Source: Promethearchaeota archaeon (GTDB taxonomy: Archaea > Asgardarchaeota > Heimdallarchaeia > Hodarchaeales > Hodarchaeaceae). Taken from it: DNA of 64,000 nucleotides. Below, in pieces: positions 48,468 to 59,316 of this stretch. The notes beneath the pieces are model-generated. The model did no database searches, had not been told where the DNA came from, and saw nothing but the letters and a program-made list of their open reading frames with translations. Numbering within the stretch: position 1 is the stretch's first letter; every line of letters begins with the position of its first letter. A program made the translations under genes and the position numbers. Where the stretch lies: NCBI GenBank assembly GCA_048938105.1, contig JBHLMN010000005.1, positions 151,318 to 215,317 of the forward strand, written 5' to 3'.

Positions 48468-50900
48468 TCAACTTGGAATTTCATATAAGCGTAAATATTC
48501 AGTTTCTAAGCGTAAAATACCAGCATCTACAATTGAAGACAGTAAAGAAACTTCATAATTTCCGTATGTTGTACGAAAAAGTGGTTTTATGACATTTTCT
48601 GTAACAATAAAACCAATTCCATAAGAAATGATTGCTTCCATACCAGAGGATTCAGATACATTTAAGCTAAGTACAGGGTTTAGCAACTCATGCTCTGGAT
48701 CCTCCCCAATGAATTGGAATGGGGTAGCAGAAGTGAAAACATTATAAATGGATAGTTCGGTACGATTTATGATTTCGTCGTCTGATATCCAGCCATAATA
48801 TACATCAGCTCCTTCATTGAAGGGGTAAAGGAAGGGTTGGAAACATAATGCTTGCATTCTTCGAGCGACACTAGGATTATATACAACTACTATTTTCTCT
48901 TCTAGATTATACTCTTTTAAATACTGAGCAACTCGGATTTCATCATCGCTAAGGTAAGCTAAAGGATATTCTGAGCCTGCATTGTACTCGTACACACCAT
49001 CTAGAGAAATCAAAGCAAATAATATAATAGAAATGCATATAACTGCATTTATACTGATGAATTCAATTTTAAGTTTTTTCTTATAATCAATTTTATACTT
49101 TATGATAAAATAGATTCCAAAACTAAATAAGAAAAGAATAAATGTTCCTATCTGGTGAAATGGTAAAGTTATAACATTAATTGAGTAAAATATACTAAAA
49201 ATAAGGGGGAGAAAGCCTATAGAGTAAGTGAGAATTTTTATACGCCATTTGAGTAAAAATTGAGTGCCAAGTACGGCATAGTATGCACAGAACGGTAAGA
49301 AGAGAAGAGAAGTATATGTTGAGATTGGATAAACAAAGAATAAAAAAGTACCAAGGATTAAAAACGTTGTTGAATAGAAAAGATACTTTTCCTTATCAAT
49401 TGAACCATTAGAATGCCTTCCCTCTGATTCATTTGTTGCCTCTTCCATTATATCATTGAGGTTATTTTCCCTTTGTTCGACAGTTCGAGATTGTACTAAA
49501 AAACCTAAAATAGCTAAAGGGATAATTAATCCAATTCTTAACGTGTAATCAACAAAAAGGTTCCAAATTTTCCCTATAAAAGTTTCATTACTTATCAAAA
49601 ATTCAGCAGTCTTATCAGGATCTATTGGAAATATCATAATCCCTAAAATACATACACAAATATATACAGGTATGTAAATGTAGGGATGAATACGATGAAA
49701 GATAGTATACCTAGAAAATAACAAAGCTATACTTGCAGATAGAAAAAATAATGGGAATATAATCACAGTAAGCCCATGCATTAAGCTAGTTAAGAATAAT
49801 GAGATACAAAATAGAGCAAAATTCTTGCTATTGAAGTCATTAAAAAGCTTAAGAATGGAATAGAGAAGCAGGGGTAATAGTGCGAGGAATGGGCCTCTCA
49901 CTGAGCATGTCCAATAAGTGAATCGAAAAAATATAGGACTAGTAGCAAAAAACATGACGAAAAGGAAGATCGAGGTCTGATTCTGTCGAAAGATCAATTT
50001 TGCTAAGTAATAGCAGGTTATTATAGAAACTCCCATGAATAAAAATGAGAATATGAAGATACTAAGATCCTCAGAAAAGAAGATCAATATAATTGAAAGA
50101 ATAAATGGTCCACCAATGGGGTAGTTTGAAAATGGATATAGACCAAAATAAGATAAAGGTGTTATAATCCAGGCTGGTAAAAGTTGTTTATGAATTGCTT
50201 TTGCCATCCAAACAACAACAAAAGCATCATCTCCTATTGCATGAGGGACTCGAGGGATCCTGATTATTAGATTTATTAATATTGCAAGAAATATAGGATT
50301 TTTAACTATTTTTCTTGATTTTTGGGTAAATAAAGGAAAATAAGTTTCTTTTAAACTTACTGTTCTATCCCTCCTACTAAAAAAAAGAAAGAAAGATTCT
50401 TTAAAGCCAAATGGCTTATTCTTGCGTTCTAGAGTCACTTGCGGAATATCATCTATTATTTTTCTTATCTCTTTTTCCTCGACTCCTAATCTAGGGATAT
50501 CTACTACTGATGTTCTGATTTCTTTCTCGTCAACATTTAATCTTGGCATATCTTCTATAACTATTCTGATTTCTTTTTCATCAACACTTAATCGTGGAAT
50601 AACCTCTCTTGGTTTTTCAGTTACTTTTTTTTCACCACTCAATTTAGAAATTTGATTGATTGCTTTTCTAAATTTATCACTTGCCTCTTTTAGGCTATCT
50701 GACTTTAAATCCTGTTTTACATCCTCAATTAGATTCAAGATTTTTTTCTCATCAGCTTTCTCAGCTTTCGCGGTAAACTCTGTAATTGGTATTTGCTTTA
50801 ATTTGACCTCTGCTTTCTTAGTGTCATTTTTTCTAATAGCAGGTTTTGGATCCTTTGCTTGTTTTTTGATTTCTTTCTTTTCAGCTCTCTTTCGAGACAT
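48468..50900 (-). CDS. Polytopic membrane protein, GT-C-like, with charged N-terminal cytoplasmic region containing 17-aa repeats
   Basis: IRIPRVPHAIGDDAF first-loop acidic motif, SYFGLYPFSNYP, many TMs, soluble C-terminal domain. Confidence 0.6.
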   Translation of the reverse strand: MSRKRAEKKEIKKQAKDPKPAIRKNDTKKAEVKLKQIPITEFTAKAEKADEKKILNLIEDVKQDLKSDSLKEASDKFRKAINQISKLSGEKKVTEKPREVIPRLSVDEKEIRIVIEDMPRLNVDEKEIRTSVVDIPRLGVEEKEIRKIIDDIPQVTLERKNKPFGFKESFFLFFSRRDRTVSLKETYFPLFTQKSRKIVKNPIFLAILINLIIRIPRVPHAIGDDAFVVVWMAKAIHKQLLPAWIITPLSYFGLYPFSNYPIGGPFILSIILIFFSEDLSIFIFSFLFMGVSIITCYYLAKLIFRQNQTSIFLFVMFFATSPIFFRFTYWTCSVRGPFLALLPLLLYSILKLFNDFNSKNFALFCISLFLTSLMHGLTVIIFPLFFLSASIALLFSRYTIFHRIHPYIYIPVYICVCILGIMIFPIDPDKTAEFLISNETFIGKIWNLFVDYTLRIGLIIPLAILGFLVQSRTVEQRENNLNDIMEEATNESEGRHSNGSIDKEKYLFYSTTFLILGTFLFFVYPISTYTSLLFLPFCAYYAVLGTQFLLKWRIKILTYSIGFLPLIFSIFYSINVITLPFHQIGTFILFLFSFGIYFIIKYKIDYKKKLKIEFISINAVICISIILFALISLDGVYEYNAGSEYPLAYLSDDEIRVAQYLKEYNLEEKIVVVYNPSVARRMQALCFQPFLYPFNEGADVYYGWISDDEIINRTELSIYNVFTSATPFQFIGEDPEHELLNPVLSLNVSESSGMEAIISYGIGFIVTENVIKPLFRTTYGNYEVSLLSSIVDAGILRLETEYLRLYEIPS
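50436..50600 (-). repeat. 51-bp (17-aa) coding tandem repeat, ~3.3 copies
   Basis: IPRLSVDEKEIRIVIED / MPRLNVDEKEIRTSVVD / IPRLGVEEKEIRKIIDD / IPQV. Confidence 0.85.
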
Positions 50901-51025
50901 TTTTCTACCAATTTCTGCGTTCTTTTGCCTCTATATTCATACGAGAAATCGAAAAAATCAACCTAAATTTTCTTTCACATTTGATTCCTTATAAGATTTG
51001 AGTTACTATTATTTTTTTTCTGCTA

Positions 51026-52204
51026 TTACAGGGCAAATATGCTATCAATTAATTTGGATAGATTTTCTTCCATATTATAGTTATTAATTATGATATTTTT
51101 ATTGATTTTCTTAATTTTTTCATTCAGATGCATATCAACCAGTACTGATTTTCCAATTATTTTTGCCATGCGATGTGGTGATTTTGTTGAAACAAAGATT
51201 GCTCTTTTTTCGTTAACTACCTCTTTATAGACTTTTAGATCTGATAAAATGGGAATACACTCACAATACATACCCTCTTGCACTGTAGCAGCTACTTGAT
51301 CCCATTTTGGAATTGAAAAGAAATAATCTGATATAAATACTAATTTTACCAGGTCTTCGGTCTCCAATACATAATTAATGAGTTTTGAATGTCTAGAAAG
51401 CTTTTTTCGTATAATTAGTTCCTCAAATTTTTCATGATATCTTGTTCTTGAAGATCCCATAAGATAAATGAAATAGGCTGGAATATTCTGTTGTAACAAT
51501 TTGAAATGAATTAATGGAAGTAGATGAATTTGATAAATTGGAGTGAATCTTCTATAGCTTAAGAATACTATAGAATTTTGTGGAATATCCATATTTTCTT
51601 TGAACGAGTTTAAAATGGAATCAGAAGGTTTTTTCCACCTTTTAAGATTAACCCCAGTGTGAAATGTTATCATCTTACTTTTAGGAATTTTATATTCATT
51701 TACTAGATGGTCAACCATGAATTTGCTTTGTGGGTGTACCAAATCCGCACGTCTCAACAACAATTTAGATATAAATTTCCTTATCCCAGATATTGAGTAG
51801 ACATCAGAACCATAAAGAGTAACGATCAGTTTTTTAGGGCGTAGAATTAGGCCTAAGAGTGCAAAATGCCCTAAATAATGAGTATGAAATATTATTTCTC
51901 TGTATTTTCTTTTCATAGAATAAAAATAAATAAAAGCTTTCAAATATCTCAAAATAATTAATTTAGAAAAGTATCCATATTTACTAGTTATTTGGAATAA
52001 TTGAATAGAAGCTGATTTGGGAAATTCTTCTCGTAGATCATTAAGAAAGGGATTTTTCTTTAAATCATAAGGGGAAATAACCAGTACATTTATGTTTTTC
52101 TTCAAGTAACCGATTATCCAGTGTATTGCAAATACACTTTCAGCATTCAAAGCTAAAATAACATTTTTTGAGGAAGCTGATGGGAAATTATGTCGTTTCA
52201 TCAT
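51026..52204 (-). CDS. Glycosyltransferase family 4
   Basis: FHTHY, TLYGSDV, EGMYCECIPILSD. Confidence 0.8.
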   Translation of the reverse strand: MMKRHNFPSASSKNVILALNAESVFAIHWIIGYLKKNINVLVISPYDLKKNPFLNDLREEFPKSASIQLFQITSKYGYFSKLIILRYLKAFIYFYSMKRKYREIIFHTHYLGHFALLGLILRPKKLIVTLYGSDVYSISGIRKFISKLLLRRADLVHPQSKFMVDHLVNEYKIPKSKMITFHTGVNLKRWKKPSDSILNSFKENMDIPQNSIVFLSYRRFTPIYQIHLLPLIHFKLLQQNIPAYFIYLMGSSRTRYHEKFEELIIRKKLSRHSKLINYVLETEDLVKLVFISDYFFSIPKWDQVAATVQEGMYCECIPILSDLKVYKEVVNEKRAIFVSTKSPHRMAKIIGKSVLVDMHLNEKIKKINKNIIINNYNMEENLSKLIDSIFAL

Positions 52205-52392
52205 CAGTTTTACCTAGAAAATGCTTCATAATATTTTTTTTTATCGTGATTAATTTGAAAAGATTTAAACCTAGGATTCTTATAAAACAGAAAAATATGG
52301 GCAATACCATCTATAATGAGTAGAATGCAACCAGATTAAAAATCAGATCTAAAATAGTAAAATATGATTGCTAAAGGGTTGAAAAGGAAGAA

Positions 52393-53394
52393 GTGACGAA
52401 AATGGAACTTAGTGGTGAAAAAGTTTTAATTACTGGTGCAGGAGGCTTCATTGGAAGCCATCTTGTAGAAGTACTTTTAAAAAAAGGATGCAATGTTCGT
52501 GCTTTCATAAAATACTCTTCATCAGGAAATATAGGAAACTTAAAATGGCTTAAGAATAATACGAATAATTTAACAGTTATTTATGGTGATGTTAGAGATT
52601 ATGATTCTGTTTTTCAAGCAATGAAAGGATGCAGTATTGTTTTCCATTTAGCTGCTCTTATATCAATACCGTATTCTTATAGCAATCCTGTAGGTTTTTT
52701 CAAAACCAATGTTCTTGGTACTTTAAATGTTCTTGAAACAGCGAGAAAACTCAGAATAGAACGAATATTACATACTTCTACAAGTGAGGTTTATGGAACG
52801 GCACAATATGTACCAATGGATGAAAAGCACCCAACCATTGCACAATCTCCATACTCAGCTAGTAAAATTGCTGCAGATAAAGCTTCTGAGAGTTACTTTC
52901 TTTCTTATAATGTTCCTGTGGTAATTGTGCGACCATTTAATACTTTTGGCCCAAGACAGTCAACAAGAGCCTTTATTCCTTCGGTCATCGTTCAAGCTTT
53001 AACAAAAGATGAGATAAAGATGGGGGATTTGACCCCGACTAGAGATTTAACTTATGTTATTGACACAGTTGAAGGTTTCATTGCATTAGCTATAGCAGAA
53101 GAGGATGTATTAGGAAAAACCTTCAATCTTGGGACAGGTCAAGAACATATAGTAGGAGATGTTGCAAAAAAGATTCTTTCTCTTACAAATCCGAAAGGGA
53201 GAATAGTCACAGAATCTTCTCGAATTCGACCAAAAAAGAGTGAAGTGAGAAGACTCTGTTCTAATCCTGAAAAGATTTGGAAATATACAAACTGGAAGTG
53301 CAAGTATAGTTTCGATGAAGGGATAGAAAAGACGATACACTGGTTTAAGAATAATAAACAGATCTTAGCAGAATTTTATTCTAATCTTATCTGA
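52393..53394 (+). CDS. NAD-dependent nucleotide-sugar 4,6-dehydratase (LegB-like)
   Basis: GAGGFIGSH, HLAALISIPYSY, TSTSEVYG, YSASK, RPFNTFGPRQS. Confidence 0.88.
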   Translation: MTKMELSGEKVLITGAGGFIGSHLVEVLLKKGCNVRAFIKYSSSGNIGNLKWLKNNTNNLTVIYGDVRDYDSVFQAMKGCSIVFHLAALISIPYSYSNPVGFFKTNVLGTLNVLETARKLRIERILHTSTSEVYGTAQYVPMDEKHPTIAQSPYSASKIAADKASESYFLSYNVPVVIVRPFNTFGPRQSTRAFIPSVIVQALTKDEIKMGDLTPTRDLTYVIDTVEGFIALAIAEEDVLGKTFNLGTGQEHIVGDVAKKILSLTNPKGRIVTESSRIRPKKSEVRRLCSNPEKIWKYTNWKCKYSFDEGIEKTIHWFKNNKQILAEFYSNLI

Positions 53395-53434
53395 AATTGT
53401 GGGTCTAGCCATGAGAATAAATACTCACTCTAAT

Positions 53435-54286
53435 ATGAAGAGAATTCTAATTACTGGAGATGAAGGTTTTATTGGAAAGAAAGTTGTAGAGAAATTATCT
53501 GCCTTGGAGATCCCTTGGATTGGTTTTGATATAACTAGAGGTGAAGATATTTTAGATTTTAACCAATTAGAAGCAATTTCAAACATTAAAACAATAATTC
53601 ATCTAGCAGGGATCACAGATAGAAATTTTGCACTAAAATATCCTCAAGAAACCCAAAAGATAAATGTATTAGGCACATTCAATGTATTAGAGTTAGCAAG
53701 GAAAACAAAGGCAAAAGTGATTTTTGCAAGTTCAAGTCTTGTTTATGGAGACTCATACTCACACTTAATTTCAGAAGACTGCGAAAGAAAACCAATGGAT
53801 CCATATGCGCTTTCAAAGATGCTCGCAGAGGATGCTTGCATCTATTATTTCAATAATTATAGGCTTACAGGAATTATTTTACGATTTTTCAATATATATG
53901 GAGATTCCCTAAAACCTGGGACGTTAATTTCTGATCTATTGAAACAAATACTGGATCCATATGTTGATATTATTATTTTACGTAATAATTCATCTTCGAG
54001 AGACTATGTGCATGTTAGAGATATTGTTACCTGTATTATAAAGTGTCTAGATGTTGAGTTTTCAGGAACCTTTAACGTGGGACTTGGTCGGGCTTACAGA
54101 CCCCTTGATATTGCTGAAATTCTTTTTGACAAGACAAAGATTAGGAAAAAGATTTCTATTTTTGATAGATCTGTCAAGAAATCTATTATATGTGCAAACA
54201 TTGAGAAAATACGTGATACACTTGGATTCAAACCAGAAATAACGCTTGAAAAAGGGCTTTCCGAACTAATTGAAGATATTCTCTAA
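53435..54286 (+). CDS. NAD-dependent epimerase/dehydratase
   Basis: ILITGDEGFIG, ASSSLVYG, YALSK, RFFNIYG; start set at MKRILITG. Confidence 0.88.
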   Translation: MKRILITGDEGFIGKKVVEKLSALEIPWIGFDITRGEDILDFNQLEAISNIKTIIHLAGITDRNFALKYPQETQKINVLGTFNVLELARKTKAKVIFASSSLVYGDSYSHLISEDCERKPMDPYALSKMLAEDACIYYFNNYRLTGIILRFFNIYGDSLKPGTLISDLLKQILDPYVDIIILRNNSSSRDYVHVRDIVTCIIKCLDVEFSGTFNVGLGRAYRPLDIAEILFDKTKIRKKISIFDRSVKKSIICANIEKIRDTLGFKPEITLEKGLSELIEDIL

Positions 54287-54351
54287 TTACAGAAGCATTA
54301 GAAGACAAAAAATTCTGATTAGAGATGTTGAAATATTTTAAAAGAATATTG

Positions 54352-55065
54352 TTAAGAATTCCTAGGTAAAAATTTTGATTTATATTTTTTAAATAATTCC
54401 AAAGAATGCTGAAAATCTGTGATATTCCCAATGTCAAGCCAGATACATTCAGCTTGATTATGGACTTTAACAGTCTCCCCATTACTAATTAGTTTTTTTA
54501 TGAGATTAGGTATGTCTAGATATTCATTGTAAGGAATAAAATCAACAACACGGTTATTAAAAGCATAAATTCCCATACTAACTTGATAACTAGCTGTAGG
54601 TTTCTCTATATAGTTAATAACTTGATCTTTTTTTGTTTCAATAACCCCTAGATCAATATTTATGTTTTTTGTATAGACAGCGACAGTAGCTATGGCATCA
54701 TGGTTTAGATGCGTCTTAAAGAATTTTAGAAAATTAAAATCTGTTAAGATATCACCATTCAAAACCAAGAAATTATTGTCTAAATTTTTAATTAATCTAA
54801 TAGGTCCAGCTGTTCCTAAATTTTGTTTTTCATAAGAATACTCGATTTCTAGACCTAAATCTGTGCTATTAGCAAAAAAAGTTCTGATATATTTTGCCTT
54901 ATACCCCAATGCAAGAGTTACTTTATGAAAGCCATAGTATTTCAACTGTTTAAAGATAATTTCCAAAATTGGAGTCTCGCCAAAGGGCATCAATGGTTTA
55001 GGGAGGACAGTAGTATAAGGTTTCAGTCGCTTCCCCTCACCTCCAGCAAGAATTATGGCTCTCAT
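54352..55065 (-). CDS. Sugar-phosphate nucleotidyltransferase
   Basis: AIILAGGEGKRLKPYTTVLPKPL, LGTAG, LNGD, WLDIG. Confidence 0.92.
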   Translation of the reverse strand: MRAIILAGGEGKRLKPYTTVLPKPLMPFGETPILEIIFKQLKYYGFHKVTLALGYKAKYIRTFFANSTDLGLEIEYSYEKQNLGTAGPIRLIKNLDNNFLVLNGDILTDFNFLKFFKTHLNHDAIATVAVYTKNINIDLGVIETKKDQVINYIEKPTASYQVSMGIYAFNNRVVDFIPYNEYLDIPNLIKKLISNGETVKVHNQAECIWLDIGNITDFQHSLELFKKYKSKFLPRNS

Positions 55066-55247
55066 TCTATTTTTTTCCTTTTTAGGAGTTGATATTTATT
55101 TATCTCTCTCTTGCATTCCTGAAAGTTACAGACTTTTAATAAAAGATAGATGATAATATCGCTTATACTATTAAAAGCCTTTTGTATTCTTCAGTAGAAT
55201 ACTTAGTTAGTCAGTAAGGAAAAAATTAATAATGCTTTTGCTCGATT

Positions 55248-55934
55248 TCATATTATTGCGTCGAAAACTGTTGTAGGGCGCCCTGTACGACTTCGCTTTT
55301 CCGTATATTGAACCACGAAACCTTTCACTACTAATCGTTGTAAACAATTATAGATTGAGCTTCGGGGAATTCCAGTGAAATGGACTAATTCAGAACGAGT
55401 AAGAGGACCGTAAGATTTCAAAACTTCGAATAAGATACGCTCTAAGTCATTTATTAGAGCTGGTCGTTCCAAATCTTCCATAGAATTCCGTTTATCTGAC
55501 ATAGAATTCATTATTAGAATCTTGAGAAGAAGAGAATTGTATTTCACTCCTAAAGATGCGAGTCTTTCCAGAGGTTCTCTCTGGACAAATGAAATAATCT
55601 CAGAAATAGGTGTGGTTTCATGAAATCCGAGATGCTCGCGAAGATTAGAGATCTCAACATATAGTTGGTATAATTGGTTGAAATCTGAATTAGGGAGATT
55701 TAATACTTGGCGAATCTCTTCTAATTTTTGATAAAAATAATAGTGTTCCTTAATCGAATGAAGTGATGGAAGTTTTAATTCCTCTTGCATTTTTTTGAGA
55801 GAATTCCATGTTGAATTTAGAACTTCTTCTGATTCTTTGCCTTTTAAGCTTAACAACCGTCGTAGTTCTTCTTTCAGTTTTTTTTCTTCAAGTAATTGGA
55901 TTTTGTCTATTGAAGAACTAGTTTTATTGTTCAT
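55248..55934 (-). CDS. Putative regulator with C-terminal TrmB-like winged HTH
   Basis: GPLTRSELVHFTGIPRSSIYNCLQRLVVKGFV..GRP; helical N-terminus. Confidence 0.75.
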   Translation of the reverse strand: MNNKTSSSIDKIQLLEEKKLKEELRRLLSLKGKESEEVLNSTWNSLKKMQEELKLPSLHSIKEHYYFYQKLEEIRQVLNLPNSDFNQLYQLYVEISNLREHLGFHETTPISEIISFVQREPLERLASLGVKYNSLLLKILIMNSMSDKRNSMEDLERPALINDLERILFEVLKSYGPLTRSELVHFTGIPRSSIYNCLQRLVVKGFVVQYTEKRSRTGRPTTVFDAII

Positions 55935-56254
55935 GAATTCTCATCTACTAAAGAGCTAATGTCTTTCATTGAGATAATCGAAAGAAGAAAAACCTAGAGG
56001 TTGCTGAAAAGAAACAGTAGATCAACCGAATACATCATCCTTGAGATGAAAGCATTTTTGATGAGGTAATAGAGTGGATATAACTGTTAGCAGTTAAGAC
56101 TTATTATTCATATTAGAATGGATTACAATATCACTAATATTATATAAATCTTTTATTTATGGATACAAAAATCCATCCGACTTAATAAGCTAAAAATTTG
56201 ATCGAAAGTTTAGATTTCGAGTTCTGAAGCTAATAAATCCAATCGAATCCGTTT

Positions 56255-56767
56255 TCATCTAATATCTTTTGTTTGAAGATGGTCTTCATTTTCAATCTTT
56301 TTTAGCCATTCTCCTCTCCAAAAAAAGAAACAAGATCGATCACAAGGACCATAAGACTCTGTCCCTTGGCAGATGAGTCCTTCTAAGATAAAAATGCCTT
56401 TACTTCTCTTTACACTTAAGTCACGTTCATCGACAAATCTCAATACTGGTTTCATTACTCGCTGGATAGTTCCACAGTACTCTTCCATTTCATGCATAAA
56501 CGCGCAACCCCTGAGTGCTCCCCAACGGTCAAGGGTAGCTCTGATTTCTTCTTTAGATCTCACACGAACCAAATCTCCAGTTTTTAAGCTTTCTATTGTA
56601 AGATTTGAAGATGGGATTGCTGGATTATTACTTCTCCTGAAAAATCTTGATGGTAGATTTATCACTTTCTTAATTCTCTGTTTCATACTGTGACTCAAGT
56701 GTTTTCTAAGAAACAGTCTTAGACGGATGCGAATAGGCCGATGAATCTTAATCTTCCCCTCAGACAT
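56255..56767 (-). CDS. Cys-containing hypothetical protein
   Basis: LKTGDLVRVRSKEEIRATLD..EMEEYCG..IC.G..CDRSCFFFWRGEWL; start probably MSEGK at 56767. Confidence 0.7.
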   Translation of the reverse strand: MSEGKIKIHRPIRIRLRLFLRKHLSHSMKQRIKKVINLPSRFFRRSNNPAIPSSNLTIESLKTGDLVRVRSKEEIRATLDRWGALRGCAFMHEMEEYCGTIQRVMKPVLRFVDERDLSVKRSKGIFILEGLICQGTESYGPCDRSCFFFWRGEWLKKIENEDHLQTKDIR

Positions 56768-57022
56768 TATGTTAATACAATGAAGTTGGCAATTATGAAT
56801 TTTATTCATGTAATAGCTCTCCTATTCTTCAAAACCGATATTATATTTAGATTTTTTACAAATGAGTACTATAAAACTCTTAATGTCATAGAATACGTTT
56901 TCCTATTATATTTATTTTCACTTCGAAGAGATTTTCGAGGGATAAATGAAACAATATTCAGAGGAGAAATTCTACATAATTGAGAATCAAATATATCTAA
57001 ATGTCCAGATGGCATAATAGAG

Positions 57023-58540
57023 TTACTTTAACAAAAATTTGGAGTCATCATCAGATAATATTCCTTTTTTTTTAAATGTGATCAATAAAATGCTAAGGAA
57101 GAAAAAAATATGTGAGATATCAGAGAATGGACTAGTATGATTAGATGTTGTTGTAGACATCTTTGAAGTGGTGTTATTACTTACTCCAGTTTTTGTTTCG
57201 GTAGATTGGCAGGATGGTAAACTATCAATATTTTTTTGTACTCCTTCAATAATGGTGATGTCAATGCTAGTGGAAGGTCCCGAGCCTCTCTCTTCAGGGG
57301 CAATTGGTGTATTTTCAGAGATGTAACTAGTGATTAGATACGCCTCATCAATTAATGAACCTGAAAATGACTCAGTTATTGTACTTGTTTCCAAATAATG
57401 TACGTTTTGATTGACATACCAACCATGAGAATCATGTACAGCAAGGGAAATCCCAATCACATCCTGTGGGACCTTATTAATGATGACTGTAAAGTTATTC
57501 GGTGGAGCTTCTAGTTTGTGAATATAAAACGCATAATGATTGACAGAGATGGTTTTATTAGCTAGTGGTAGTTTATCCACTACTTCATAATTAGTGATTC
57601 GGGCATCAAATCCTTCAAATCCAAACAGATTATTCTGAAAACCTAATTCATCTAGAGTAAGAGTAGTAATCCAGTTCATAAAAAGCTCATTAAATGTTAT
57701 ATCATAACCTGCTGCATGTAGAACTGTTTCAATTCCATGAGGGCCATCATCAGGTTCGGTTATCAGGTCTCGAAGAATATCTACCCCATATTTTTCAGCA
57801 ATATAGAAAGCAAAAAGATATGCACTTCCATAATCTTGGTCATCAGTCCAATATAATGGTGAATTTTCAGGATGAGGTAAATAAAAAGCAACTTGGGGAA
57901 CGAGATTATTATATGGACCTAAATACCCTGCATGATAAGTTGCATATTGAGCTAGTGCTTCCAAGGTAAATGGTGGTTCACCCCAATCATTATTAAACCA
58001 AATAAGATGATGAAATTCATGAGCCATTGTTGCATATAACCAATCATGATGATAAAGTCTGTAACAAATGTAAATCATTTCACAAAGATTAGAAACATTA
58101 TGTTCTATGTCATTAACTTCAGAATAGTAATTGTAATTGTCAAGAAATAAGATGTAGATTCTCGGATCACCATCGATATCTCCCATCGTCCCATTGGGAT
58201 GGCCAGCCAGGTCAATTATACGGGGATATATTACATTGTCAAATTCATAGCAAATTTCTTCCACCTTTGCCATGATAGAATTCTCTCCCAGTTTTGGTAT
58301 ACACTCTTCTTCCATATAAATGTAACACCAGTCACCAATTGCAAGTAACCTAGAGTTTACTTCCCAATATTCTTTTTTGATATAATTATATGTCCAAAAT
58401 ACTCGTTCTTCTTCAGGTTCCTTACTCATTGTTGAATTATTAAGAGTAATTGCTAAATTGACCTTATTAGTAACGATGGGGAGGGAGATAATAGTGGAGA
58501 TCATACATAAAACGATAATATGTGATTTAGTCATATACAT
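57023..58540 (-). CDS. Membrane-anchored zinc metallopeptidase (gluzincin, M30-like)
   Basis: AHEFHHLI + downstream LEALA, GDIDGDPRIYI, DYGSAYLF; signal peptide; Thr/Ser stalk + TM + KKK. Confidence 0.82.
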   Translation of the reverse strand: MYMTKSHIIVLCMISTIISLPIVTNKVNLAITLNNSTMSKEPEEERVFWTYNYIKKEYWEVNSRLLAIGDWCYIYMEEECIPKLGENSIMAKVEEICYEFDNVIYPRIIDLAGHPNGTMGDIDGDPRIYILFLDNYNYYSEVNDIEHNVSNLCEMIYICYRLYHHDWLYATMAHEFHHLIWFNNDWGEPPFTLEALAQYATYHAGYLGPYNNLVPQVAFYLPHPENSPLYWTDDQDYGSAYLFAFYIAEKYGVDILRDLITEPDDGPHGIETVLHAAGYDITFNELFMNWITTLTLDELGFQNNLFGFEGFDARITNYEVVDKLPLANKTISVNHYAFYIHKLEAPPNNFTVIINKVPQDVIGISLAVHDSHGWYVNQNVHYLETSTITESFSGSLIDEAYLITSYISENTPIAPEERGSGPSTSIDITIIEGVQKNIDSLPSCQSTETKTGVSNNTTSKMSTTTSNHTSPFSDISHIFFFLSILLITFKKKGILSDDDSKFLLK

Positions 58541-58915
58541 GATATTTCACATAATCCATGAGACACAAATTGAATAAAAAAACATTAATAACATCTAATA
58601 GAAAAACTGTAGACTTTTTTAATCCTATAGATTGGTGCAAAATGTTTAATCACTATTCAGAAGGAAAAAAGTGTTCTAATTTAGAGAACAGGCTGTTTCA
58701 TTCTATAGGACACATTTCTAGGCTTATTGTGATTTATCCTCTAGTAGATAGATAATAAGTATTTTTACAAAAATAATTTTCACATGCACCAAATATGGAA
58801 AATGAATCGCATAAGGTTAAATAAACGTGAAGTTGGCTACTTTAAATCTAAAAATATACTCCTAATTTTGTGTCGAAATATGTGGGAATACATTGAATCT
58901 TTGGAAGCTATTACG

Positions 58916-59305
58916 TTATAATGGTAAATAGTGACGTATAGAAGCCACCAATAATTCAAAATCATCGAATTCAGCACTTCTGAAAGGCTTTAACAATAGT
59001 TTTTCCTTATATAGTTGTTCAAATTGTCTTTCTAGATATTGAGAGATAGCTTGAGTAATAAAATTCTTCTCTGTGACAATTAATACACAGGATACTTCGC
59101 GTCCTCTTGCTGTTATTATGTTTTTATCACCGAAAGATATCTGGTTTCGTTTATGATACCAATTATCTGTAGTAATATTTCTTGATATAGAACAGACACA
59201 TCCAGTATGTCGAAAAAGGCCAGATTACTCGCTAGAATTCAGAACAGAATCTTTCTCGGTGGTATTCTCTTTTTTCACCTCTCTTCTCATAAACTTCAGA
59301 ATCAT
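58916..59305 (-). pseudogene. Interrupted, unannotated frame resembling an Asgard longin-like domain
   Basis: ATG 59305, in-frame TAA at 59227-59225, then 102 open codons SGLF..QISFGDKNIITARGREVSCVLIV..FEQLYKEKL..FDDFELLV. Confidence 0.5.
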
Positions 59306-59316
59306 ACTTTACTCTC

